From positions 3,258-67,257 of IMG/VR virus record IMGVR_UViG_3300037046_000297: 64,000 nt of DNA. One strand, 5' to 3'. This document shows, piece by piece, positions 40,847-51,025 of the stretch; position 1 is the stretch's first letter, and each line of letters opens with the position of its first letter. Below the pieces are notes generated by a model. It was not told the origin of the DNA. It did no database searches and saw only the letters and a list, made by a program, of their open reading frames with translations. This stretch comes from a virus. The position numbers were made by a program, and so were the translations under genes.

Positions 40847-41023
40847 ATGGCATGTTGCGTGATCGGATGTAAGGGTGAACCTGTAGCTGATCAGATAATC
40901 ACTTTTGAAAATAAGCAGGGCTATACCGTAAGAACAAGGATTCAATGGTGTAAAACCCATCGGGCAGAAGGCACCCTGGAGGATCTTGTAAAAGATGAAC
41001 CGTTAAACAAGGGAGAAAAGTGA
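40847..41023 (+). CDS. 58-aa putative zinc-binding protein (below the ORF-track cutoff)
   Basis: GGGGGTG RBS; MACCVIGC...WCKTH; stop overlaps the next ATG. Confidence 0.55.
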   Translation: MACCVIGCKGEPVADQIITFENKQGYTVRTRIQWCKTHRAEGTLEDLVKDEPLNKGEK

Positions 41024-41472
41024 TGGATTTCATAACGCTGGTAAACGAGGCAACAGAAAAAGTCTTTCTTGCCCTGGTGATCTGGCGCGAGGCTCGCGGG
41101 GAATCATATGAAGGAAAAGCGGCTGTGGCATCCAGTATCATGAACCGAGTGGCCAGACCCTCGTGGTGGGGCAATGATGTGCTCTCGGTTGTTTTCAAAA
41201 AATGGCAGTATTCATCGATGACTGACCCGAAAGACATACAGCTTACGACATGGCCGCAGAAGCACGCTCCGGACTGGGTAGAGTGCTTGCAGGCCGCAAG
41301 CAACGCCGTTGACGGGATTTTGAAAAATCCGGTCCCGGGCGCGGATGGATATTACGACATATCCATACCGCCACCCAAGTGGGCAACGACGGAAACGTTC
41401 GTCAAGCAGATCGGAAGATTGAGGTTTCACAATCTGGACCATGACATTGAGAAAAAGGAGTTAAAAATATGA
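41023..41472 (+). CDS. SleB-like cell wall hydrolase (endolysin candidate)
   Basis: IWREARGESYEGKAAVASSIMNRV, QYSS, QIGRLRF. Confidence 0.85.
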   Translation: MDFITLVNEATEKVFLALVIWREARGESYEGKAAVASSIMNRVARPSWWGNDVLSVVFKKWQYSSMTDPKDIQLTTWPQKHAPDWVECLQAASNAVDGILKNPVPGADGYYDISIPPPKWATTETFVKQIGRLRFHNLDHDIEKKELKI

Positions 41473-41810
41473 AATCAATTATCCTGGGAATCATTGTTGT
41501 CTTGTTGTCTATAGCACTGGCTTCAGCGGCGCCCTTTCTGGTGTCGGACCCGGCAGCATCGGCCGTGGGCGCATCGTTTGAGATTCAAGAAAAAACCGGC
41601 GCCGTTATTGCCGTCAAACCCAGCCAGGCGGACGGGTCAATCCGTTATGACCTGCAAAGCCTTGCGGTCGGAAGCTACGATTGGCAGATTCGATATGTGG
41701 TTGATAACGGGGTGTGGGGTAAAGCGTATTCCGCTTTTGTCCCTTTTGTCTTCAAGAGACCTGGAAGTGCAATCGACTCTATAAAGGGGTTGCGACTTGC
41801 AACGGAGTAA
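41469..41810 (+). CDS. Secreted small protein
   Basis: Signal peptide followed by APFLVSDP. Confidence 0.6.
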   Translation: MKSIILGIIVVLLSIALASAAPFLVSDPAASAVGASFEIQEKTGAVIAVKPSQADGSIRYDLQSLAVGSYDWQIRYVVDNGVWGKAYSAFVPFVFKRPGSAIDSIKGLRLATE

Positions 41811-41834
41811 TCAAACTGGAGGGCCGGTAAGCAG

Positions 41835-43316
41835 ATGAATATTTTACTGGTGGTCCCGCATTACCCGGATTCGTTCTGGGCCTTTAAAACGATACTGCCT
41901 TATGTCGGCAAAAAGGCGGCATGTCCGCCGCTTGGCATGCTTACGGTTTCGGCAATGCTTCCGAAAGAGTGGAACAAAAAGCTCGTCAACCTGAATATTG
42001 AACCGCTTCGGATATACGACATCCTCTGGGCCGATTACGTTTTTATCAGCGCCATGTATATTCAAAAAAAGTCCGTAGATGAGATAATCAACCTCTGTTT
42101 AAAGTACAATATCAAGATGGTTGCCGGCGGGCCGCTGTTTACACAGGAATATGAAAGCTACCCTCAAATTGACCATTTTGTTCTGAACGAAGCAGAAATT
42201 ACGCTGCCCCGATTTTTAAGGGATTTGAGACCCGGCCGGAAACTCAAAAAAGTTTATAAGACCAGGGCATTCGCGGATCTTTCACTGACACCGGCGCCGG
42301 ACTATAGCCTGTTACCACTGAAAGATTATGTTTTCACGAGCATCCAGGTTTCCCGCGGCTGCCCGTTTTCCTGCGAGTTCTGCGAGATATCCGTTTTACA
42401 GGGCCGCAAGCATCGAATGAAAAGTGTGCGAAACGTAATTAAGGAATTGAAAGCCCTTTATGAAATGAACTGGCGCGGGCACGTGCTTATTGTGGACGAT
42501 AATTTTATCGGAAATAAAAGCGAGCTAAGAAAGAAACTTCTACCTGTCATGAAAAAATGGATGAAAAAGCACGGGTACCCTTTTACCTTCAACACGCAAG
42601 CATCCCTTAACCTGGCCGATGACGATGAATTGATGACACTGATGGTTGAAACCGGCTTCAGCTCGGTCTTTATCGGGATTGAGACCCCTGAAGAAAAATC
42701 GCTGAAGGAATGTAACAAGATACAAAACACAAACAGGGATATGGTTCAAAGTGTCCATAAAATGCAAAACGCCGGTTTGCAAGTTTCGGCCGGCCTGATC
42801 GTCGGTTTTGACAGCGACACGGAAGCTACTTTTCAGCGACAGATCGACTTTATACAGGAAAGCGGGATTGTCACGGCCATGATCGGCCTGCTGAACGCCC
42901 CCAAAAAAACGCCGCTCTACAGGCGGTATGAAGCGGAAAACAGGATCATTGCTGAGGCCTCCGGGAATAACACGGACCTGACCCTGAATTATATCCCCGT
43001 GATGGACGCCGAAGTGCTGGTGGCCGGTTACCAGAGAATCCTGAAAGAAATATACTCGCCTGGCCCTTATTACAAGAGAATCAAGCAGTTTTTGCGCAAC
43101 TATAACCCAAACCCGAAATTACCTGCGGAAATAGGCATTGTTGCGTTTGTTACTTTTTTTAAATCCCTTTACGCGCTTGGCATGCGCGATCCTGGTTGGT
43201 GGCGATACTGGGCACTGCTGCTGTGGACACTTTTTTCACGGCCGCATCTTCTGTCGGACGCCGTATCGTTTTCACTTTATGGCCTGCACTTTCGGAAATT
43301 ATTTGGGATACGGTAA
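41835..43316 (+). CDS. B12-binding radical SAM protein (DUF4070-like C-terminus)
   Basis: PPLGMLT, AGGP, SRGCPFSCEFC, VDDNFIG, FIGIET, IVGFDSD. Confidence 0.9.
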   Translation: MNILLVVPHYPDSFWAFKTILPYVGKKAACPPLGMLTVSAMLPKEWNKKLVNLNIEPLRIYDILWADYVFISAMYIQKKSVDEIINLCLKYNIKMVAGGPLFTQEYESYPQIDHFVLNEAEITLPRFLRDLRPGRKLKKVYKTRAFADLSLTPAPDYSLLPLKDYVFTSIQVSRGCPFSCEFCEISVLQGRKHRMKSVRNVIKELKALYEMNWRGHVLIVDDNFIGNKSELRKKLLPVMKKWMKKHGYPFTFNTQASLNLADDDELMTLMVETGFSSVFIGIETPEEKSLKECNKIQNTNRDMVQSVHKMQNAGLQVSAGLIVGFDSDTEATFQRQIDFIQESGIVTAMIGLLNAPKKTPLYRRYEAENRIIAEASGNNTDLTLNYIPVMDAEVLVAGYQRILKEIYSPGPYYKRIKQFLRNYNPNPKLPAEIGIVAFVTFFKSLYALGMRDPGWWRYWALLLWTLFSRPHLLSDAVSFSLYGLHFRKLFGIR

Positions 43317-43334
43317 CGATGGGAGCCCGGACTT

Positions 43335-44666
43335 ATGAAAATTGAACTGTATCATTTATATCGGCGCTTCAGCCTTATCAACCTGGCTTATCCTATCGTG
43401 CTGGATACCTTGAAAACCTGGGCGGAATCGGCAGGGTGGCAGGCACGCGCCTTCGTCTGCAAGGAATCAGCGGTTGATATTACAAGTGGTGCAAGCGTCG
43501 TGGGCTTCAGCGTTTACACGCAAACAGCAAACGCTACTTACCGGGTTGCCGAAAAGCTGCGCGCTGCAGGAAAAATCGTTATTCTTGGCGGCCCCCATTT
43601 TCGGGGCCCCCAGACGTTCGCAGAGGCTGTTCCTTACTGCGATGTTCTTGTCAGCAGTATCTGCGAACGCCAGTGGAAAACAGTTCTCGGTGCAATCAGC
43701 AACGGAAAGATTGTGCCCAACATGCAGCGGCCTGTCCTGGTAATCGACAAAGAGAACAGATTCAAATACTCGAGTCTTTCTTGCCAATCATACAGTGACA
43801 AGAAATGGTTTCAGTTTCCGTGCATCCCCACTTCACTGGGTTGCCCTTATGCCTGCGAATTCTGTAGCCCTTTTATGCCCGGTGAATATGTGATGAGAGA
43901 CGTGGAGACGATTTATAACGAAGTGGCACATGCGCATGGACGTTATATGTGGCTGTGTGATGCCACGTTCGGCCTGAACAAGCGGCACACCAAAGAACTG
44001 ATGAAAGCCATAGCCCCGCTGAAAAAACGTATCTGCGTTGAAACAACCATAGCCAGAGTGCAAGACCTGGAACTGATCCCGCACCTGGCAAGCGGCGGCG
44101 TGAGGTGGATCACGCTCGGGGTGGAGACGCCTACCGCGAAACTGAAAAAACAGGGATCGGGCAACATGGTTGCCAACTTGAGGAACATCATCCGGTGTGC
44201 GCATGATAACGGGATCATCGTTCAGGGCAACTTCATGTGCGGGCTTGATAGTGACGGGCTTGACGTCTTCGATCGGATTTATGACTGTTATCAGAAATCA
44301 AGGATCGACTCCGCCATGGTGAATATCCTGGTGCCTTACCCGAACACCGTGCTCGGAAAACGCATGGTTGCCGAAGGCAGAATAACCGATACCAACTGGG
44401 AGCATTACGATAACCGACATGTCGTTTACCTGCCAAAGCAAATGACTGCGGAACAGCTTGTGAACGGTTACGTCCAGTTGACGCATAATATTTACAACGT
44501 CAAGCAGGTGATGCTTGACAGCCTGGCCGTCCTGAAAAACAAAGGCGCCTGGTCTACCATTGCGATAGGGCACAAAATGAGTTTTTTATACGACCATTTA
44601 AGAAAAGAAAGGGCATTACGCTCCGGAGTTAAAGCGCAGGAACAAAGTGGCAAAGGCACAAAGTGA
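43335..44666 (+). CDS. B12-binding radical SAM protein
   Basis: ILGGPH, SLGCPYACEFC, LGVET, CGLDSD, PYPNT. Confidence 0.85.
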   Translation: MKIELYHLYRRFSLINLAYPIVLDTLKTWAESAGWQARAFVCKESAVDITSGASVVGFSVYTQTANATYRVAEKLRAAGKIVILGGPHFRGPQTFAEAVPYCDVLVSSICERQWKTVLGAISNGKIVPNMQRPVLVIDKENRFKYSSLSCQSYSDKKWFQFPCIPTSLGCPYACEFCSPFMPGEYVMRDVETIYNEVAHAHGRYMWLCDATFGLNKRHTKELMKAIAPLKKRICVETTIARVQDLELIPHLASGGVRWITLGVETPTAKLKKQGSGNMVANLRNIIRCAHDNGIIVQGNFMCGLDSDGLDVFDRIYDCYQKSRIDSAMVNILVPYPNTVLGKRMVAEGRITDTNWEHYDNRHVVYLPKQMTAEQLVNGYVQLTHNIYNVKQVMLDSLAVLKNKGAWSTIAIGHKMSFLYDHLRKERALRSGVKAQEQSGKGTK

Positions 44667-44720
44667 AATGGTTAACAGCTCACCTGAGTAGATACAATTC
44701 AGTAAAGGGGAACCGGATTT

Positions 44721-45131
44721 ATGGGCGGATTTGCCAGTACATTAAAGATTGAAGACATCGGAACGAGTGGCGGAAAAACTGTTTACCGTTTGGAGGAACC
44801 TCTTGTTTATTTCGACGGCGATCGGACCATAACCGTCCCGGAGGGATTTGAAACGGATCTGGCTTCGGTGCCACGACTGCCGATTGTATATATAGCGTGG
44901 GGTGACCGAGCACACCGGGAGGCCGTACTGCATGATTACCTATACAGCATCGGAGCCGTACCGGACCTGCCCAGGGAGGAATGCGACAAGCTGTTCCGTC
45001 AGGCAATGATTTCACGGGGCAACCCGTGGTGGATATACCAGCCGATGTACTGGGGGGTCAGGCTGGGGGGCTGGACAGGTTATAAAAAAGCGCCTGTGGA
45101 CTATAAATTTCCGGCAGGGACAAAAACATGA
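44721..45131 (+). CDS. DUF1353-like phage protein
   Basis: VPEGFETDLASVPR, AVLHDYLY, MYWGVRLGG. Confidence 0.8.
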   Translation: MGGFASTLKIEDIGTSGGKTVYRLEEPLVYFDGDRTITVPEGFETDLASVPRLPIVYIAWGDRAHREAVLHDYLYSIGAVPDLPREECDKLFRQAMISRGNPWWIYQPMYWGVRLGGWTGYKKAPVDYKFPAGTKT

Positions 45132-45544
45132 GCTGCTACAACTTCCTCTATGCGATTACCATCACAGAGGGCGGAACATTTAACCAAAGGTTCCGGTGGC
45201 GTACCGGAGATCCCTTAACCCCGGTTGATTTGACGGGGTTTACAAGCCTTACTCAGATTCGCGTTAAGCCTGCTGATGAAACGCCGTTGATAGAGCTGCC
45301 GCATAAGGATTCAGCATGGGAAGCGGACGGGGAAACAGGTTTTTACCTGGACGAGAACCCTGAAACCGGAATCTACCGGCTTTACATCAATGACAACGAC
45401 ACGATCGGACTTTGCGCGGCGCATAAGGATATCACCGGAATTTATAATGCTTTCATGTATTCACCGGCAGGCGAAGCTGTATTTCGTCAACACGGGCCTG
45501 TCACAATTCTTGCGGCGGCAGCCCGGAAGCCCGTAACGTCATGA
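45128..45544 (+). CDS. Virion accessory protein
   Basis: GGTFNQRFRW..PVDLTGFTSLTQIR. Confidence 0.55.
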   Translation: MSCYNFLYAITITEGGTFNQRFRWRTGDPLTPVDLTGFTSLTQIRVKPADETPLIELPHKDSAWEADGETGFYLDENPETGIYRLYINDNDTIGLCAAHKDITGIYNAFMYSPAGEAVFRQHGPVTILAAAARKPVTS

Positions 45545-46116
45545 CCAATGTTCTGACAGCCGAAGACCAGATTGTTGAAGTGGTCGGATCTTGCGAACAA
45601 ATCACAGTTTACGATGCGGCAGTGCCCCAGGTGGTTGAAGTTGATTCCCAGGCTGAACTGGTGGTGATTGTTGAGGGAAATGATAATCAGGCCGTGGATG
45701 TCGTATCGCCGGTTGTTGCGTTCATGCAGGTCGATGTCCTTGAAACCGGACCCCAGGGCAGGCCCGGTACTGAAAACATAGATCTGTTGATTAAAGCTGC
45801 CCTGGCTATAGGCGGGCAGCGGGTTATCGCAACGGATGAACAGGGGATGGCGGTGTATGCGGACAATTTGACGCGGTATAAAACGGTTATCGGCATATCA
45901 ACCGGGGCGGCTGTCCAGGGGGCCTTGGTGACCGTAAAACCGTTTGGAAGGCTTGAAGATCCGAGCTGGAACTGGAATCCTGCAAAGGGACTGTTTTTAG
46001 GAATAAACGGCCTGATCATGCAGGATGTAACCGATACTGGTGCAATTGTCCCGCTCGGGCATGTGGCAGGTGTGGATGCAATATTTATAACAATCAGTGA
46101 ATTTGTCGAAAGGTAG
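45541..46116 (+). CDS. Virion decoration-like protein
   Basis: Short GPQGRPG; IGISTGAAVQGALVTV; LFLGING. Confidence 0.5.
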   Translation: MTNVLTAEDQIVEVVGSCEQITVYDAAVPQVVEVDSQAELVVIVEGNDNQAVDVVSPVVAFMQVDVLETGPQGRPGTENIDLLIKAALAIGGQRVIATDEQGMAVYADNLTRYKTVIGISTGAAVQGALVTVKPFGRLEDPSWNWNPAKGLFLGINGLIMQDVTDTGAIVPLGHVAGVDAIFITISEFVER

Positions 46117-46122
46117 GGCTCC

Positions 46123-46638
46123 ATGGCGGGAAATCTATATTTGACTGTTTTAAATGGAATCAAAACCCTGGTGGCGGCACTGCAAACAAGCGCCGGCGCA
46201 GGGGATGCCGGAAAGCTGGTTGCGCTCGATCCAACCGGAAAAATATCAGATACGATGATGCCGGTCGGTATCGGGGCGGAAACCGCTGTGATTGCTGTAT
46301 CTGAATCATTGGCAGCCGGCGACTGGGTGAACATTTATGGATCAAGCGGCGCAAAGTGCAGAAAAGCAGATGCAACGACTGCTGGAAAAGAAGCCCATGG
46401 TTTTGTGCTGGCCGCAGCGAATTTTCCAGGAGACGCCACAGTTTATGGAATATCGCAAATGAATAACCAGTTGTCAGGCCTGACACCCGGAGAAATGTAC
46501 TGGCTTTCAACGACCGCGGGCCAGGGCGTGGCGACTACTCCCCCATCGGCTTCCGGAAACGTCGTGCAAAGGCTCGGAAAGGCGGTTTCAGCAACAGAAA
46601 TCGTTTTTTCTCCGGATGATCCGGTTGTGATTCCTTAA
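46123..46638 (+). CDS. Capsid cement/decoration-like protein
   Basis: ESLAAGDWVNI, AHGFV, GLTPGEMYWLS. Confidence 0.55.
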   Translation: MAGNLYLTVLNGIKTLVAALQTSAGAGDAGKLVALDPTGKISDTMMPVGIGAETAVIAVSESLAAGDWVNIYGSSGAKCRKADATTAGKEAHGFVLAAANFPGDATVYGISQMNNQLSGLTPGEMYWLSTTAGQGVATTPPSASGNVVQRLGKAVSATEIVFSPDDPVVIP

Positions 46639-46650
46639 AAGGGGCTTGTA

Positions 46651-46956
46651 ATGGCGAACCGAAGACCGCTCGTAATAATTGACGGCTTAAAACAGGGGAT
46701 CGGCGCAGGCGATTCCCTGGATATTGCAACCGGCCAAACTTACAATGTCGGCGGTGAGCCTCACACACACGCGGACGTTGAGGAATCCGTCACAATCAAC
46801 AGGACAGACGGCGAAATAAGCTCCCTGGCGTTTGAAGGCGGCAAAACCATAACCATCAACCGGGTTGCGGGTGAAATAGTATCTGTTTATGACGGCACAT
46901 ACACGAAAACAATTGTAAGAGAAAATGGTGAAATAACAGAGGTAATTGTAACGTAA
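46651..46956 (+). CDS. Hypothetical virion protein with short internal repeats
   Basis: TINRTDGEI / TINRVAGEI / TIVRENGEI. Confidence 0.55.
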   Translation: MANRRPLVIIDGLKQGIGAGDSLDIATGQTYNVGGEPHTHADVEESVTINRTDGEISSLAFEGGKTITINRVAGEIVSVYDGTYTKTIVRENGEITEVIVT

Positions 46957-46967
46957 GGAGCTTCAAA

Positions 46968-47399
46968 ATGCCTAAATCAACCAGTGTCTGCAACAGTATT
47001 TTAGCGCTTATTTATAACGCTACACCCTGGGCCAATATTGCCGATAACGCGGCTTCATCGCCGATCACAAACGTTCATATGGCGCTGGCGACGGACAGTT
47101 ATGGGCCATCTTCCACGCTGGCCACAAATGAGGCAGCATATACAAACTATGAGCGGCAAGTTATCCCAAGATCAACTTCGGGATGGGAAGAACCTTCCGG
47201 GGGGGTAACACGAAACCAGGCAGGCGTCGAATATCCGCAATGCGGGGCAACGGGGGCCTCGATCAAGAGCGCGGCAACCGGAAAGGCTGCCGGTGCCGGT
47301 GTTATTTTTCATTACGGGGACCTCAACAGCCAGATTCTGGTAAGCAATCAGATACAGCCGCGTTTTCCTGCTGGGGCAATTACGATAACGGAGACTTGA
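46968..47399 (+). CDS. Virion structural protein
   Basis: NEAAYTNYERQ, PRFPAGAITITE. Confidence 0.55.
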   Translation: MPKSTSVCNSILALIYNATPWANIADNAASSPITNVHMALATDSYGPSSTLATNEAAYTNYERQVIPRSTSGWEEPSGGVTRNQAGVEYPQCGATGASIKSAATGKAAGAGVIFHYGDLNSQILVSNQIQPRFPAGAITITET

Positions 47400-47402
47400 G
47401 AT

Positions 47403-47654
47403 ATGAATATTGCAGAAAAGTTCCCTCCGCTTTATGAATGCTCTGTTTGCGGTTTGCCTGTCACGGTTGTTCCGGTGGACGGGAAAGAGCCGGAAAAGAT
47501 TTTTAAATGCAGCCATACCAATGCCATTATCTGGGCGAACCGCAAGGTAACACTGATTGGAAAAGGGGACTTGACGCAAATCCAAAAGACAAAGGTCAAG
47601 GTCCGGCTGACTATCCGGCAAATTTTATCTTGGATTACCGGGAGATCCATTTGA
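47403..47654 (+). CDS. Small CxxC protein
   Basis: YECSVCG; operonic. Confidence 0.55.
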   Translation: MNIAEKFPPLYECSVCGLPVTVVPVDGKEPEKIFKCSHTNAIIWANRKVTLIGKGDLTQIQKTKVKVRLTIRQILSWITGRSI

Positions 47655-48517
47655 AAACGCAAGCGGAAATTGTAGCAGCGCACGAACAAGGACGCGTTCT
47701 TTTCCGGTCTTTTAACAAGAACATCACGGTAAATACTGCGGCCGGTTTTGCCCAGGATCTGTCCGGCTTGCCGGGCAATCCGATAGCGCAGTATTTTCTG
47801 GGAGCCCCCGGTGAGGCGACTGTGATGTCACACTCCACGGTAAACAAGGGCCTGGATCACGGGCCATCGATCGCGGGATACCGAAAATATGCACACGTCG
47901 TCGATCTGATGACGGTGACGGCGGCGCTGGCGCCATCGACATTGAGGCTCTGCGATTACCTGATGTGTTATCCTTACATCGGGATGGAAACAGGGCTGCA
48001 GGAACTGGTGAACGTGCAGACTTGCCCGCGGTACGCGGCAAAAGAAGGGGTCTTTATTGCCATGATTATCCAGTTCCCGTACATCGGCGGTGCGACAGTG
48101 CAACTGGGCTACACCAATCAGGACGGCGTGGCCGGCCGGTTGACCCCGATTGTAAAACTGAATAGCAGTGTGACAGCCGGCGCTATTGCCACATCGGCGC
48201 CGACACTTGCAGGCGTTTGCGGAGACTTCATCCCGCTTCAGGGCAGAGATTACGGGGTGCAGAAAGTGGACACCATTGAATTTTTCACTGAAGATGTCGG
48301 CATTGTCTGCATCTGCCTGATGAAACCGCTTGTGAGCCTGCCGATTTACGAGGTAACAGCGCCATGCCAATATGATCTCTGGAATCATTTCGGCATGCTG
48401 CCGGAAATCCGAAACGATGCCTACTTGAATTTTATCTTAAAACCTGGAGCGACAGGAACCGGCGCCATCACCAATACGATACACGGCAATCTGACAACTA
48501 TCTGGGAAGAAATATAG
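47651..48517 (+). CDS. Hypothetical virion protein (paralog of the next gene)
   Basis: TTG start overlapping the previous stop; LGYTNQDGVAGR, FIPLQ. Confidence 0.6.
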   Translation: MKTQAEIVAAHEQGRVLFRSFNKNITVNTAAGFAQDLSGLPGNPIAQYFLGAPGEATVMSHSTVNKGLDHGPSIAGYRKYAHVVDLMTVTAALAPSTLRLCDYLMCYPYIGMETGLQELVNVQTCPRYAAKEGVFIAMIIQFPYIGGATVQLGYTNQDGVAGRLTPIVKLNSSVTAGAIATSAPTLAGVCGDFIPLQGRDYGVQKVDTIEFFTEDVGIVCICLMKPLVSLPIYEVTAPCQYDLWNHFGMLPEIRNDAYLNFILKPGATGTGAITNTIHGNLTTIWEEI

Positions 48518-48529
48518 GGGACGGCGACT

Positions 48530-49693
48530 ATGGGCGGCTTTGTATCCAAAGACGATGAAATCAGTAAAATGTCCAACTCGGGGAACGTGTTCTCGACGTT
48601 TCTATCCAAACAAACCAATCCGACAGCGGCGGCCGTTGCACAGGAATGGCACACGATGTTCCGCGGCGGCGGGTACCCGCAAGCAGACGCGATTTTCGAT
48701 ACCGGAACAAGCCTGGTTTTCCAGTCGCTGTGCGACCAGACCGCAAATGCCGGATGTATTGCCCATGGCGGCAATATCGGCCCGGATGGCGACGGGTACA
48801 AGGTGCTGACAGCAGGGCTTGCGGTGACGGCCGCTGCAACCGTTGTACCGGCAACAGCCATGCTGGTAGATGTGCTGGGCTGGATACGGGTGACGCCGGT
48901 CACCGTAACCTCGGCACAGAACGCGATTTGGGGAGAGACGTTCACGGCATCTGATTCAAGCGGGCTATTGCTGACCTATGCCCAGGACTGGCAGAATTTC
49001 AGCAAGGTGCGGTTTACATCAAGCGGGACGCTACCGACCGGGTTGAATCCGGACACCGACTACTGGCTTGTTCGTCAGTCCGCCACAACGGCAAAAGTTG
49101 CAACTTCGTTTGCCAATGCGATTGCCGGAACTGTTGTGTCGTACACAGACGGCGGGTCCGGAACCCATACATTGAAATGCGTCCTTCCCAGATCAACTGA
49201 CGGGGCAAAGGTCAATGCGATTTTCTTCAATCCGCAGGCAACACCGCTCGGCGCCGGAACGCCTGGTCTTTCTCTGGGATACACCAATGCGGTCGGCGTG
49301 GCTTCACGGGCAACACCCTCAACGCCGTCTCTTCCGATCGGTAAGACGGCTGCGACAAACAGCCTCATTCTGCATTCCGGAGCAACCGGAGCAGGCAAAT
49401 ACGGGCCGTTTGTTCCGCTCCAGGCGGCGGACACCGGTATCCGGTCGATTGAAACCATCCGAAACACTGCCACTTACACATCCGGCATGTACTCGGTTGC
49501 GCTGGTGCGGCGGCTGGCGATCATCCCCGTTCAGGTTTTAGGACAAGCTGTTATGGTGGATTTTACCAGCAATATGTATCCGACCTACCCGCGAATCGAT
49601 GACGGGGCGGCGCTTTACTGGCTGCTGAAATCCGGTGTTGCAACCCCTGCCAACGCAGCCATTGATTTTGACCTGAATTTCGGGTGGTCATAA
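48530..49693 (+). CDS. Hypothetical virion protein
   Basis: LGYTNAVGVASR, FVPLQAADTGIRSI; inserted SGTLPTGLNPDTDYW module. Confidence 0.6.
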   Translation: MGGFVSKDDEISKMSNSGNVFSTFLSKQTNPTAAAVAQEWHTMFRGGGYPQADAIFDTGTSLVFQSLCDQTANAGCIAHGGNIGPDGDGYKVLTAGLAVTAAATVVPATAMLVDVLGWIRVTPVTVTSAQNAIWGETFTASDSSGLLLTYAQDWQNFSKVRFTSSGTLPTGLNPDTDYWLVRQSATTAKVATSFANAIAGTVVSYTDGGSGTHTLKCVLPRSTDGAKVNAIFFNPQATPLGAGTPGLSLGYTNAVGVASRATPSTPSLPIGKTAATNSLILHSGATGAGKYGPFVPLQAADTGIRSIETIRNTATYTSGMYSVALVRRLAIIPVQVLGQAVMVDFTSNMYPTYPRIDDGAALYWLLKSGVATPANAAIDFDLNFGWS

Positions 49694-50451
49694 TGGGGAT
49701 TCTCGGCAGCAACTTCAGACTGAACCTCGGGGTTCACCGGCCTATCGGGGATGTGATGAGCCGGACGCCGGGGGTGTTTGCCCGGTATAGCGCGCACTGC
49801 AATACCAGAAGCCAGGACGGAAACACAACTGTACTGGCAACAGAGGCGATACCGCGAGGCGGATATCCCCCAGCGGCTTTTTATCCTCCCCAGGTTGTGG
49901 GGGATATGAGCTTTGCCATGTCCGGCAAAGGCGCACTTACAGCGAGTTTGTACGCCTCAAGATCCATGACGATTGACCTGACCGGCGCCGGAACGCTCGA
50001 AGCGGATGCCGGGCTTGTGGTCTCGATGCTGCTGGCACTTGCTGGAAGCGGCGATCTTTCAGCGACCATTGTCGGGCAATCCAACATGAGCATTGACCTT
50101 ACCGGAGGCGGCGGGCTATCTGCAACGATAGCGGGAATTGCTCACATGATAATTGACCTGATGGGTGCCGGGTCCCTCGAAGCAACAATATCAGCTTACG
50201 GCAACATGGCTATCGATATCGTTGTGATCGGCACCGGGCTTTCCACGGCCAATGTGGGACAGGCTGTGTGGGAATCAATACTAAATGGCGATATAACGGC
50301 AAAAGACGCCCTGCTTGCTGCCGGTTCCGCCGGAGATCCCTGGATAACCGAACTGCCCGGAAACTACACGGGCAGCTCTGCCGGTGCCCTGGTGAAGAAA
50401 ATTGAAAAAATCATCAAGGATAACCAGGCACTGATACTGGCCAAAAAATGA
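49693..50451 (+). CDS. Hypothetical virion protein with IDLTGxG repeats
   Basis: Repeated (I/L)DL(T/M)GxGxLxA units. Confidence 0.6.
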   Translation: MGILGSNFRLNLGVHRPIGDVMSRTPGVFARYSAHCNTRSQDGNTTVLATEAIPRGGYPPAAFYPPQVVGDMSFAMSGKGALTASLYASRSMTIDLTGAGTLEADAGLVVSMLLALAGSGDLSATIVGQSNMSIDLTGGGGLSATIAGIAHMIIDLMGAGSLEATISAYGNMAIDIVVIGTGLSTANVGQAVWESILNGDITAKDALLAAGSAGDPWITELPGNYTGSSAGALVKKIEKIIKDNQALILAKK

Positions 50452-51025
50452 CATCGGGTTATAACGTTATTGTATCCGCTATATGTCCAAATCTCGACCC
50501 ACCTCAGTTATGCCCGGACTTCGAACTTACCTCGCCTTGACACTCTCGGACCTGTTCCCGTTAAGAGAAACCTTCTGCACCCGGATCACGCCGGCAGATT
50601 CGAAAACAAAAGCTCCTGGCCCACTAAATCCAACTGCTGCACATCGACTGCCGCGAATTTGTGCTCTCCTGCTGAATAACTGGATTAATTGGCTGTGTGA
50701 TCATTCCATCGGGCGCCTATTCGGAATAAGTCATTTCGTTTGACAGAAATGGCAACATTATCATAGGGTATTTTAGGGAAAATGTTGGAATATGTCTGAA
50801 GGAGCGGTCACGAGAGTCAATGATATCATTCGTATAGTTAAAAATGGCCAGACTCATGATTATATGCAAGTATGGTTGAGTTTTAAGACGCTGTTTTGCT
50901 CCACTTTGGTCATGAAGCTAAAAAATGGTTTTTTACCACTATACTGCCACATCAAACGGCGAAGAACCGATTAAAATTCAGGAATTCTGGCAGCAACTGA
51001 TTGATAAGGTCGATTAGAGGAAACT

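Larger units (their letters stand above)
1..50451 (+). mobile_element. Lambda-like siphoviral prophage (partial; left end outside the window, right boundary approximate)
   Basis: Co-oriented recombination, terminase, replication, portal, protease, capsid, tail and lysis genes; no integrase or att site seen. Confidence 0.9.

Noticed and set aside
50452-51025. attR, tRNA or small ORFs at the prophage edge
   Set aside because: No tRNA fold or repeat partner visible in the window; the ORFs lack support
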